Positions 56,426 to 64,000 of a DNA stretch of 64,000 nt are shown in pieces; position 1 is the first letter of the stretch; every line of letters begins with the position of its first letter. The notes below the pieces were generated by a model. It worked only from the letters and a program-made list of their open reading frames with translations, searched no databases and had not been told where the DNA came from. The translations under genes and the position numbers were made by a program. The stretch comes from Treponemataceae bacterium (GTDB lineage Bacteria > Spirochaetota > Spirochaetia > Treponematales > Rectinemataceae): contig CAXXHO010000003.1 of the NCBI GenBank assembly GCA_963667725.2, forward strand, positions 1,760,001 through 1,824,000, read 5' to 3'.

Positions 56426-57916
56426 TTATTTGACGGCCGCGGCCCAGGCTGGCACGTCGATGCCGAAGTAATCGCGGGCATTGAACCAGCTCACGTCGCG
56501 GACCAGTTCCCTGGCGTAGCAGTCGTCGCCGGGCAGTTCGCCTGACTCCACCCAGCGGCCCGCGACCTTGCAGAGGATGCGGCGGAAATATTCGTGCCTC
56601 GGGTAGGAGAGGAAGGATCTCGAGTCAGTGAGCATGCCCACCCAGCGTCCGATAACGCCGACGGAGGCCGTCTGTATGAGGTGCCGCTCCATGCCGTCCA
56701 GGTGGTCGTTGAACCACCACGCGGCTCCGTACTGCATCTTCCCGGCCACGGCGCTCCCTAGCGCCGATCCCGCATAGGTTCCCGAGTAGCACTGGGCCAG
56801 GACGGCGAGGCTCGCGTTCTTCGTGTCGTCCAGCGAATAGAGGATGGTCTTGGGCAGGCTGCCCTCGGCGTCGAGCAGGTCGAGCAGGGAGGCCAGGGGC
56901 GCGATGACGACTGCGTCCGAGATGGCGTCGCCGCCGCCGTCGGGGCCGTAGGAGGAGAAGAGGCGCGTATTGGTGTTGCGGAGCGCCCCGATATGGAGCT
57001 GCATCGTCCAGCCTGCTTTGGCGTTGAGGCGGGCGACCTGAAGGAGAACGGCGGTTCCGAGCCTTTCGCGCGCGAGGGCGTCGACGTTTTTGCCGGCAAG
57101 CAGCGAAGCGACGATGGCGTCGAGTTCGCCGCCTGAGGTGAGCGCGAAGGGCGGGACGAGAAGCGCGTGATCGGAGAGTCTGCATCCGTGCTCGTGGAAG
57201 AAAGCGTGACGGCGCGAAAGCGCTTCGGCCAGGTCGGCGAAGCTGCGTATCTCCAGGCCCGCGGCCGCGCCCAAAGCCGCGGCGTAGGCTTTCCATGCCA
57301 TGGCATCCTGGGCGTTCATGGCCTTGTCCGGACGGAAGGCGGGAAGAATCCTCGCCACTTTCTTTCCCGAGACCGCGGCGGCTCTTCCCACCTTCGGATC
57401 AGAGGCAACGGCTTCGTGCCACCGCAGGTCGTCGGCCGGATCGTCCGTCGTGCAGACGACAGCAACGCCGTAATGTCTCAGCATGCTCTGCGGCGAATCG
57501 CCCCGCTCCCTGATGATGGCGTTGGCTCTTTCCCTTATGGCGAGTGCGTTTCTTACCGTCAGCACGTCGTCTATCCCGTAGGTTCTCCGCAGTTCCAGAT
57601 GGGACCAATGGAGAAGTGGATTGCCCGGCGACTGTTCCAGCGCGGCGGCGAAGGCTACGAATTTATCGCCCCAGGAAGCACTGCCCGAGCAGAGCGACTC
57701 GTCAGCGCCGTTCGAACGCATGATGCGCCATTTGTAGTGATCACCCTTGAGCCAAAGCTCGGCGATGTCGCCGAAGGGCTTGTCCTCAGCTATTTCCCTG
57801 GGTGAAAGGTGGCAGTGATAATCGAAAATGGGCAGACCGGCCGCGTCCTCGTGATAGAGTTTTCGCGCCGTATCCGTGTCCAGAAGAAAGTCTTTGTCCA
57901 TGAATGCTTTTTTCAT
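56426..57916 (-). CDS. uxaC: Glucuronate (uronate) isomerase
   Basis: PIFDYHCHL, GDHYKWRIMR, GNPLLHWSHLEL, CTTDDP, MQLHIG, AAWWFND, GMLTDSRSFLSYPRHEYFRR. Confidence 0.96.
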   Translation of the reverse strand: MKKAFMDKDFLLDTDTARKLYHEDAAGLPIFDYHCHLSPREIAEDKPFGDIAELWLKGDHYKWRIMRSNGADESLCSGSASWGDKFVAFAAALEQSPGNPLLHWSHLELRRTYGIDDVLTVRNALAIRERANAIIRERGDSPQSMLRHYGVAVVCTTDDPADDLRWHEAVASDPKVGRAAAVSGKKVARILPAFRPDKAMNAQDAMAWKAYAAALGAAAGLEIRSFADLAEALSRRHAFFHEHGCRLSDHALLVPPFALTSGGELDAIVASLLAGKNVDALARERLGTAVLLQVARLNAKAGWTMQLHIGALRNTNTRLFSSYGPDGGGDAISDAVVIAPLASLLDLLDAEGSLPKTILYSLDDTKNASLAVLAQCYSGTYAGSALGSAVAGKMQYGAAWWFNDHLDGMERHLIQTASVGVIGRWVGMLTDSRSFLSYPRHEYFRRILCKVAGRWVESGELPGDDCYARELVRDVSWFNARDYFGIDVPAWAAAVK

Positions 57917-58749
57917 ATATTGTCCGTCAGATAGCCGCCGTCGACCGGTATGCTTACGCCGGTTACGAAACCTGATGCCGCGTCGCTCGCCAGGAAGAGC
58001 GCCGCTCCCCAGAGTTCCTCGAATTTTCCGAAGCGTCCGAAGGGCGTTCGTGAAACGATCGAGGTTCCTCGGGCTGTCAGACCGCCATTCGGATCGAGAA
58101 GGAGAGCGCGATTCTGATTGCCCACGAAAAATCCGGGGGCTATAGCGTTCACCCTGATACCGTGGGGAGCGAGCTCCTTGGCGAGAGCTTCGTTCAGGTT
58201 CAGGACGCCTGCCTTGGCCGCGTCGTAAGCCCATATCCCGGAAAGCGCCTTGTAGCTCGTCATCGAGGTCATGTTGATGACACAGCCCTTGATGCTTTTG
58301 CTTATCCAAAAGCGCGCGAATACTCTGGTAGGCGTCACGAGGCCCGCCATCAGGTTGAGCGCGAGAATATCCTTGAAAAGGTCCTCGTCCACATCGACAA
58401 AGGGCGCCTTCCCCCTGTTGCCGCCGACGCCGTTGATCAGTATGTCGGGTGCGGCGCCCGCCATTTTTTCGGATTCGGCCAGGGCTGCTTCGCAGGCTTC
58501 TTTCGAGCCTGTATCCACCGTTACGGCGAAGACGCGTCCGCAGGAGGCTTTGCCGCCGCCTTCGGCGGCGGCTTCGGCGACGATGCGGGCGGCTTCCTCC
58601 ATGGGGTGGTTGGTGCCGCGGCCCCAGAGAATGACGGTGGCGCCGGCCTTGGCGAACCCCACGGCTAGATTGCCTGGGATTCCGCCGCCGCCGCCTGTTA
58701 TGACGGCGACTTTTCCTTCAAGCGAAAACATCGATTCAATGAATGACAT
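57913..58749 (-). CDS. SDR family oxidoreductase, D-mannonate/fructuronate oxidoreductase-like
   Basis: ITGGGGGI, INGVGGN, YDAAK, RVNAIAPGFFVGNQNRALL, TPFGRFG; overlaps uxaC start. Confidence 0.85.
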   Translation of the reverse strand: MSFIESMFSLEGKVAVITGGGGGIPGNLAVGFAKAGATVILWGRGTNHPMEEAARIVAEAAAEGGGKASCGRVFAVTVDTGSKEACEAALAESEKMAGAAPDILINGVGGNRGKAPFVDVDEDLFKDILALNLMAGLVTPTRVFARFWISKSIKGCVINMTSMTSYKALSGIWAYDAAKAGVLNLNEALAKELAPHGIRVNAIAPGFFVGNQNRALLLDPNGGLTARGTSIVSRTPFGRFGKFEELWGAALFLASDAASGFVTGVSIPVDGGYLTDNI

Positions 58750-58760
58750 AACAACTCCTC

Positions 58761-60065
58761 TCAGCTTCCCGGCATTATGAGATTCGGCAGGAACATCGTG
58801 ATGGCCGGGATATAGGTGACCAGCAGAAGAACAATTATCATTGTTATATAGTAAGGCATCAAGGCTTTTGTCACCTTTTCGATGGAAATTCTTCCCACCG
58901 CGCAGCCCACGAAAAGCGCCGAACCCACTGGAGGCGTACAGAGCCCTATCGCCAGGTTGATCAGCATGATAATGCCGAAGTGAACCGGCGACAGCCCCAG
59001 GGTCGTAACCACGATGGGATAGAGAATCGGCGTCACGATGAGGATGAGGGGCGCCATGTCCATGATCATGCCGAGAAAGAGCAAAAGGACATTGATGAGG
59101 AGGAGAAGGAGATATTTGTTGGTCGTGACGGAAAGGATGAGTTCGGTCGCCTTGGCGGGAATGCGCAGGTAGGCCATGAGCCAGCCGAAGGCGCTCGCCG
59201 CCGCTATGAGGGCCATGACCATGGAGAGGGTTTTCAGCGAATTGTAGAGGATGCCCTTCATCGCCTTGAGGGGGATTTCCTTATAGACGAAGAAGGTGAT
59301 GAAGAAGGCATAGACCACGGCGATGGCGGCCGATTCCGTGGCCGTGAAAATTCCGGTGATGACGCCGCCCATGATGATGACGGCCGTCATGAGGCCGAGG
59401 AAGGCGTCCTTGGATATCTTGAGCGCATCCTTGAAGGAAACCTTGGGTTCCTTGGGGTAGTTGCGCTTTTTGGCGATGATGAAGGAAATGATCATCATGG
59501 AAAGTCCGAGGGATATTCCCGGAATGTAGCCCGCGAGGAAGAGTCTGCCTACGGACACGCCTCCCGCCGCCAGCGAGTAGATGATCATGTTGTGGCTCGG
59601 CGGGATGATGACGCCCTGGGTGGAACTCGCCACGGTAAGGGCCACCGCGAAGTCCTCATCGTACCCTTTCATCTTCATCATGGGGATGATGATCGTGCCG
59701 GTGGACGCTACATCGGCCACGGCCGAACCGGAAATGCCGCCAAAAAACATCGAGTCCATGCAGTTGACCATGGCCAGGCCGCCCTGGATCCTGCCCACAA
59801 AGACATTCGCGAGCTCGATGAGCTTTCGCGCTATGCCCCCCTGGCTCATCATTTCGCCCGCCAGTATGAAGAAGGGGATGGCGAGCAGAGAGAAGGATCT
59901 GACACCCTGCACCATCTGCTGAACGATGGCCATGAGGGGGATTTTCAGGTAGATGGCCGTCACAAGCGAGACGGAAGCGAGCGAATAGGTGATGGGGACG
60001 CGAAGGACCATCAGAAGGATAAAGCCTCCCAGGAGCAGGGTGGTCGCGACGGCGGGATCATTCAT
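58761..60065 (-). CDS. dctM: TRAP transporter large permease
   Basis: LLAIPFFILAG, FGGISGSAVAD, IIPPS, FTATES, GLCTPPVG. Confidence 0.95.
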   Translation of the reverse strand: MNDPAVATTLLLGGFILLMVLRVPITYSLASVSLVTAIYLKIPLMAIVQQMVQGVRSFSLLAIPFFILAGEMMSQGGIARKLIELANVFVGRIQGGLAMVNCMDSMFFGGISGSAVADVASTGTIIIPMMKMKGYDEDFAVALTVASSTQGVIIPPSHNMIIYSLAAGGVSVGRLFLAGYIPGISLGLSMMIISFIIAKKRNYPKEPKVSFKDALKISKDAFLGLMTAVIIMGGVITGIFTATESAAIAVVYAFFITFFVYKEIPLKAMKGILYNSLKTLSMVMALIAAASAFGWLMAYLRIPAKATELILSVTTNKYLLLLLINVLLLFLGMIMDMAPLILIVTPILYPIVVTTLGLSPVHFGIIMLINLAIGLCTPPVGSALFVGCAVGRISIEKVTKALMPYYITMIIVLLLVTYIPAITMFLPNLIMPGS

Positions 60066-60603
60066 GGAGGCCTCCGAAAATGTCTTTCAGCTTTCCTTCG
60101 CCGGAAAGGTAGTCGTCGAGGGATTTATCGTAGGTATCCCACTTTAGGATATGCAGCAGCGCTTCGAGGACGATGGTCACACCGGCGAGGGGAACGACCA
60201 TATAGAGAATTCCCGCTGGCCATCTCGTCGCCGGCATGATGGAGGTCATCGTGAATTGGACGAGGGTTTTTCCGTAGACTATCATGATGGCGCCGACAAA
60301 GATGACGATGATTTCCATGAGCGTATCGAGAGCTATATTAAGCCAATTAGGCATTTTTTCCCGCGGCATAAGGTTGATGGTGATGTTGAGTTTCTGCTTT
60401 ACCCCAAGCCCCATCGAAATGAAGATGAACCACACGCAGAGCGTGAGGGCGACTTCTTCCGACCACAGAATCCCGCTGTTGAACACATAGCGCAGAAAGA
60501 CGTTGGCGAAGACGATGAGGACCATCGCCACGATCATGATTTTCGCCAGCTCGACCAAAAAAATATGAATGAGGTTGATGCCTCTCAGGATCAGATCTTT
60601 CAT
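60058..60603 (-). CDS. dctQ: TRAP transporter small permease
   Basis: 4 TM; NVFLRYVF..WSEE. Confidence 0.92.
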   Translation of the reverse strand: MKDLILRGINLIHIFLVELAKIMIVAMVLIVFANVFLRYVFNSGILWSEEVALTLCVWFIFISMGLGVKQKLNITINLMPREKMPNWLNIALDTLMEIIVIFVGAIMIVYGKTLVQFTMTSIMPATRWPAGILYMVVPLAGVTIVLEALLHILKWDTYDKSLDDYLSGEGKLKDIFGGLHE

Positions 60604-60641
60604 TTGGTTTATCCTGTTGCCGGCAAAACGCGGCAGCGATG

Positions 60642-60686
60642 AAAAGGCGGTCCGGCGAAAGGCCCAATGGCCTTAGACCGGACCGC
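60642..60686 (-). terminator. Hairpin with U-tract after dctP
   Basis: Minus strand GCGGTCCGG..AAGGCC..GGCCTT..CCGGACCGC-CTTTT. Confidence 0.7.
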
Positions 60687-60707
60687 TGTCAGAATGAGGA
60701 ACCGATA

Positions 60708-61688
60708 TTACTTTACGGCCTGGATCTGCTTGACGAAGTCCTGGATTTCCTTGGACTGCTTCGCGTAGAGCGGAGCCATGAGGGCTACCCAGGGGGCCTT
60801 GTCGGCAACGGTGGAGACCTGCGATCCGCCGGCCTTTACCTTATCGATGGAGGTCTGCTCGTACTTGGCCCACTCGGCGCGCTGGAAACTGACGGCGTCG
60901 GCGGCGGCCTGCTTGATCAGATCCTGGTCAGCCTTGGAGAGCCTGCCGAGGGAAATCTTGGAGCCGATAATGATCTCGGGAACTCTTGTGTGCTCGTCGA
61001 GGGTGAAGTACTTGGCGACTTCGAAGTGGCTAGTCGAGAAATAGGAAGCCCAGTTGTTCTCGGCGCCGTCGACGACACCGGTCTGGAGGGCAGAGTAGAC
61101 TTCGCCGTACGCCATGGGGGTCGGCACGGCTCCGAAGGCGGAGACGAGACCCATCATGAGTTCGCTCTCCTGAACGCGGATCTTGAGACCCTTGAGGTCG
61201 GCGGGCGTCTTGACCGGGCGCTTGGAGTTGTAGAAGTTGCGCGATCCGCCCTCGAACCAGCCGAGGCCGATGAAGCCGAAGGGCTCGAGGCTGGCGAGGA
61301 GGCTCTTGCCGATATCGCCGTTGAGGACTTTCCACATATGGGCTTCGTCCCTGTACAGGTAGGGCATCTGGAAGGCGTTGAGCTTGGGAACGAAGGCGGC
61401 GACCGGGCTCACCGAAACGCGGGTGATGTCGATGGCGCCGAACTGCACCTGCTCGATGACAGCCTTTTCCTGGCCAAGCTGGCTTCCGGGATAGACTTCG
61501 ATGACGATTCTTCCGTTGGAGCGCTCCTTCACGAGGCGGGCGAACTCTTCATCGCCCATTTCCGTGGGGTAGCCCTTGGGATGGGTTTCAGCCAGTCTCA
61601 GGACTATCGCCTTCTGGGCGAAAACCTGAACCGGCATCAGGACGGCGAGAACGAGCATGAGTCCAAGGACGAACTTTGCTTTTTTCAT
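60708..61688 (-). CDS. dctP: TRAP transporter substrate-binding protein
   Basis: Signal peptide; YPGSQLG, DLKGLKIRV, EVYSALQTGVVDGAENN. Confidence 0.95.
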   Translation of the reverse strand: MKKAKFVLGLMLVLAVLMPVQVFAQKAIVLRLAETHPKGYPTEMGDEEFARLVKERSNGRIVIEVYPGSQLGQEKAVIEQVQFGAIDITRVSVSPVAAFVPKLNAFQMPYLYRDEAHMWKVLNGDIGKSLLASLEPFGFIGLGWFEGGSRNFYNSKRPVKTPADLKGLKIRVQESELMMGLVSAFGAVPTPMAYGEVYSALQTGVVDGAENNWASYFSTSHFEVAKYFTLDEHTRVPEIIIGSKISLGRLSKADQDLIKQAAADAVSFQRAEWAKYEQTSIDKVKAGGSQVSTVADKAPWVALMAPLYAKQSKEIQDFVKQIQAVK

Positions 61689-61760
61689 TGCGTTGCCTCC
61701 ATTTAAACTATGGCTATAGAATAACCTGTTATTATTTTGAATCCATTCGGCCTATCGCGG

Positions 61761-61796
61761 TTTTGTATAGTTTTGACTATTTTTTGTACTTTTTTG
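61761..61796 (-). promoter_or_regulatory. Direct repeat with 21-bp period upstream of dctP; candidate AraC/YesN activator site
   Basis: Minus strand CAAAAAAGTACAAAA and CAAAACTATACAAAA; candidate -10 TATTCT at 61723-61718. Confidence 0.6.
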
Positions 61797-63168
61797 CGGT
61801 CTGTTGGATATACTGCTTCGGATTCTGGCCTTCGAATTTCTTGAATACGCGCGTGAAATAGGCCTGATCCGAAAAACCGACGAGGTAGCTCGCTTCCTTG
61901 ATGCTCCCGCCGCCCGCCATCAGCTCCTTAGCCCTGTTGACGCGCACGCGGCCCAGGAGTTCGCTGAAGCCGATGCCCAGTTCCCTGGAAATGGCGTGGG
62001 ATAGGTGGAAGGAATTGACGCCTAGCGCTTCGGCGGCCGAAACCAGGGTGAGTTCTTTGGAATAGCCGCTTTTAATGTAGTCAAGCGCTTTCATGCCGAG
62101 GCTCCGCGGGCTCGCGTCCGTCGCGCTCATATGTAGCAGGTCGCCCTCCCCTTTCCTGGGCAGGGGGGCGAGCCTCACGGCGGGGCAGTCGGCGGATGCG
62201 AGCCTGGAGCCCTCCAGCGCTCGCGAGAAGAGAATGTCGGCATCCTCCCGCGAAGGGCCGGCCAGGCCACAGAGGAGGATGCGGGGAGCGCTGTCCCTGA
62301 GTCTTCTGCCACCTTCCTCGACGATGGGCCAGAGAGGGTCGCCCCGCAGATTCTTCTGGAAGCCCCCAGGAACCCAGATAGGTTTTTCAGTTTCCGCTGA
62401 TCCGGTTAGCGCCTTATCCGAAGGAGCCATCCCTGTTTCCAGGCCGTAGAGGAAGATGAAGCCGCAGTCTTCCGCGGCAGTGGCAATGATTTTGCGGGAA
62501 CGCTGGACGGCGATCTTGCAGGCCGCCGCCAAGGCCAGATCCGCGTATGCTTTATCCGTCGAAGCCCCGGGCATGCCCGAGGCAGTAGCCGTGCCCGACG
62601 CGGCGTGCAGCCTGAAGACGATCACGGACCGGGACAAGTCCTTCAGGGAAGCCAGATTCTCGTATTCCCCGACGCTTGCCGCGTCGAGGCTCCCCGCCTT
62701 CATCTGGGCGGTCAGGGCGCTTTCCAGCTTTCTCGCGGCTTCTGAAATGGCCGTGATGGACTCTTCCCTCTTCCTGGACAAGGATTCAGGTTCCCTGTTC
62801 GCGTCCAGCGAACGTTTCAGCGCCGACAGCACCTCATCGGCTGAGGCGGGCTTGAGAAGATATTCGTAGACGCCCTGACGGATGGCTCTCTGGGCGTATT
62901 CGAAGGTGTCAAATGCGGAAATGATGACGATCGGGGCGAGGATGCCCGCCTTTCGCAGCGCTTCAGCGGCGCCGAGACCGTCGAGGCCTGGCATTTTAAC
63001 GTCGAGAAAAATCGCGTCGTAATGTCCGGCCTTGCCCAGTTCCAGCGCTTCGTGTCCGTTTCTGGCTTCGTCGATGAGGAATTCAGGCTCGAGCCCGCTG
63101 CCGTCGATGATGAACCGCAGCGCCGCCCTCTCCAGGTCTTCGTCGTCGGCGATCAGGATTCTGGCCAA
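61777..63168 (-). CDS. Response regulator with AraC HTH (YesN-like)
   Basis: ILIADDE, FLDVKMPGLDG, FEYAQRAI, YLLKP; VGFSDQAYFTRVFKK. Confidence 0.93.
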   Translation of the reverse strand: MARILIADDEDLERAALRFIIDGSGLEPEFLIDEARNGHEALELGKAGHYDAIFLDVKMPGLDGLGAAEALRKAGILAPIVIISAFDTFEYAQRAIRQGVYEYLLKPASADEVLSALKRSLDANREPESLSRKREESITAISEAARKLESALTAQMKAGSLDAASVGEYENLASLKDLSRSVIVFRLHAASGTATASGMPGASTDKAYADLALAAACKIAVQRSRKIIATAAEDCGFIFLYGLETGMAPSDKALTGSAETEKPIWVPGGFQKNLRGDPLWPIVEEGGRRLRDSAPRILLCGLAGPSREDADILFSRALEGSRLASADCPAVRLAPLPRKGEGDLLHMSATDASPRSLGMKALDYIKSGYSKELTLVSAAEALGVNSFHLSHAISRELGIGFSELLGRVRVNRAKELMAGGGSIKEASYLVGFSDQAYFTRVFKKFEGQNPKQYIQQTAKKYKK

Positions 63169-64000
63169 CGCGATACTCCTTTCATCGGGATGGAAAGCCT
63201 GATGATGGTGCCTTTTCCTGGCTTCGAGTAGAGTTCGAGCCTTCCTTCCGAACCGTAGAGGAGGAAAAGCCTCGTGGCCACGTTGGCCAGGCCAATGCCC
63301 GTGCCCGCGAGCAGCCCTTCTTTGGCTTCGATAGTGCCCATCGAGGCGTTCCTGATGACCTGGCGCAGGCGGATGAGCGTTTCCTGAGGTATGCCCTGTC
63401 CCGTATCGATGATGAAGGCCTTGATGTTGTCCCCTCTTCTCTGGACGGAAACCAGAATGCGGGTGTTGTCTTCCTTGGGTTCGATGCCGTGGCGCACGGC
63501 GTTTTCCACCATAGGCTGGAGGAGGAATCGCGGTATCTTGATGACGCTCAGGGCCGTGTCGAAGCGTATTTCCCAGTCCAGCCTCTCGCCGAAACGGGCT
63601 TTCTGGAAGCTCAGGTATTCGCGCACGATGCCGACCTCGTCGCCCAGGGGGACATAGGGACCGCCTTCCTTCATCGTGGATCGAAGAAGCTTGGCCAGGG
63701 AAATAGTGAGCTTTTCCGTGGCGGGAGCGCGCTCGAGGAGGGCGTTGCGCGCGATGGAATTGAGGGCGTTGAAAAGGAAATGGGGACGCATCTGGTCCTG
63801 CAGGTTCATGAGCTGGGCTTCGCGCAGGGCCTTTCCCATGGTGAGCAGGCTTGTCTCCTCGTCATGAAGCTTCTTTTCGAGCTCGGCTTTTTCCTTCAGG
63901 TCCTCGATGTAGGTGCGGATGTTGGCGCTCATGAGGTAAAAGCTATCCGTGAGTATCCCCACTTCATCCCGCGACTTCATCCTCAGGGGCGCCACATCCA
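63153..64000 (-). CDS. Sensor histidine kinase (YesM/LytS-like), 5'-truncated by window edge
   Basis: HAMP (DEVGIL), QMRPHFLFNALN, LQPMVENAVRHG, DTGQG, GIGLANV. Confidence 0.93.
   Translation of the reverse strand, partial: DVAPLRMKSRDEVGILTDSFYLMSANIRTYIEDLKEKAELEKKLHDEETSLLTMGKALREAQLMNLQDQMRPHFLFNALNSIARNALLERAPATEKLTISLAKLLRSTMKEGGPYVPLGDEVGIVREYLSFQKARFGERLDWEIRFDTALSVIKIPRFLLQPMVENAVRHGIEPKEDNTRILVSVQRRGDNIKAFIIDTGQGIPQETLIRLRQVIRNASMGTIEAKEGLLAGTGIGLANVATRLFLLYGSEGRLELYSKPGKGTIIRLSIPMKGVSRWPES

Noticed and set aside
57917..58309. N-terminal extension of the 627-aa uxaC ORF
   Set aside because: It overlaps the SDR gene; UxaC similarity begins at MKKAFMDKDFLL (57916).

Overview
This is a GC-rich bacterial chromosome segment, most likely from a spirochaete (Treponematales/Rectinema-like). 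That placement is inferred from the type-2 IleRS, the Treponema-style LysM lipoprotein and the gene mix. Positions 1-14547 hold a 16-gene co-directional catabolic cluster: AbgT transporter, enolase-superfamily enzyme, two amidohydrolases, M42 peptidase, Rid, creatininase, four-subunit 2-oxoacid:ferredoxin oxidoreductase, 4-hydroxybutyryl-CoA dehydratase, thiolase, Hbd, crotonase and a LarA-like protein. It ends in an AT-rich junction and matches no pathway I recognise, so it is the best candidate for an undescribed system. The rest contains housekeeping and envelope genes: dus, acyl-CoA ligase, a wHTH-regulated LolCDE-like/LolA-like/beta-barrel export operon, ileS, a LysM lipoprotein with recent ~290-bp internal duplications, M18-MerR-der-ptsI, M23/LysM, PEGA-DUF362-fumarase, a GT2/flippase/GT-C module, a diguanylate cyclase, ugpBAE plus a phosphodiesterase, and a hexuronate TRAP/uxaC locus under a YesMN-like two-component system. 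Non-coding signals include several promoters that imply leaderless mRNAs, two candidate operators, terminators and a ~240-bp element bounded by inverted ACAGGAT arrays. I found no rRNA, tRNA, CRISPR array, integrase or transposase. All calls come from motif recognition by eye; no database searches were run.
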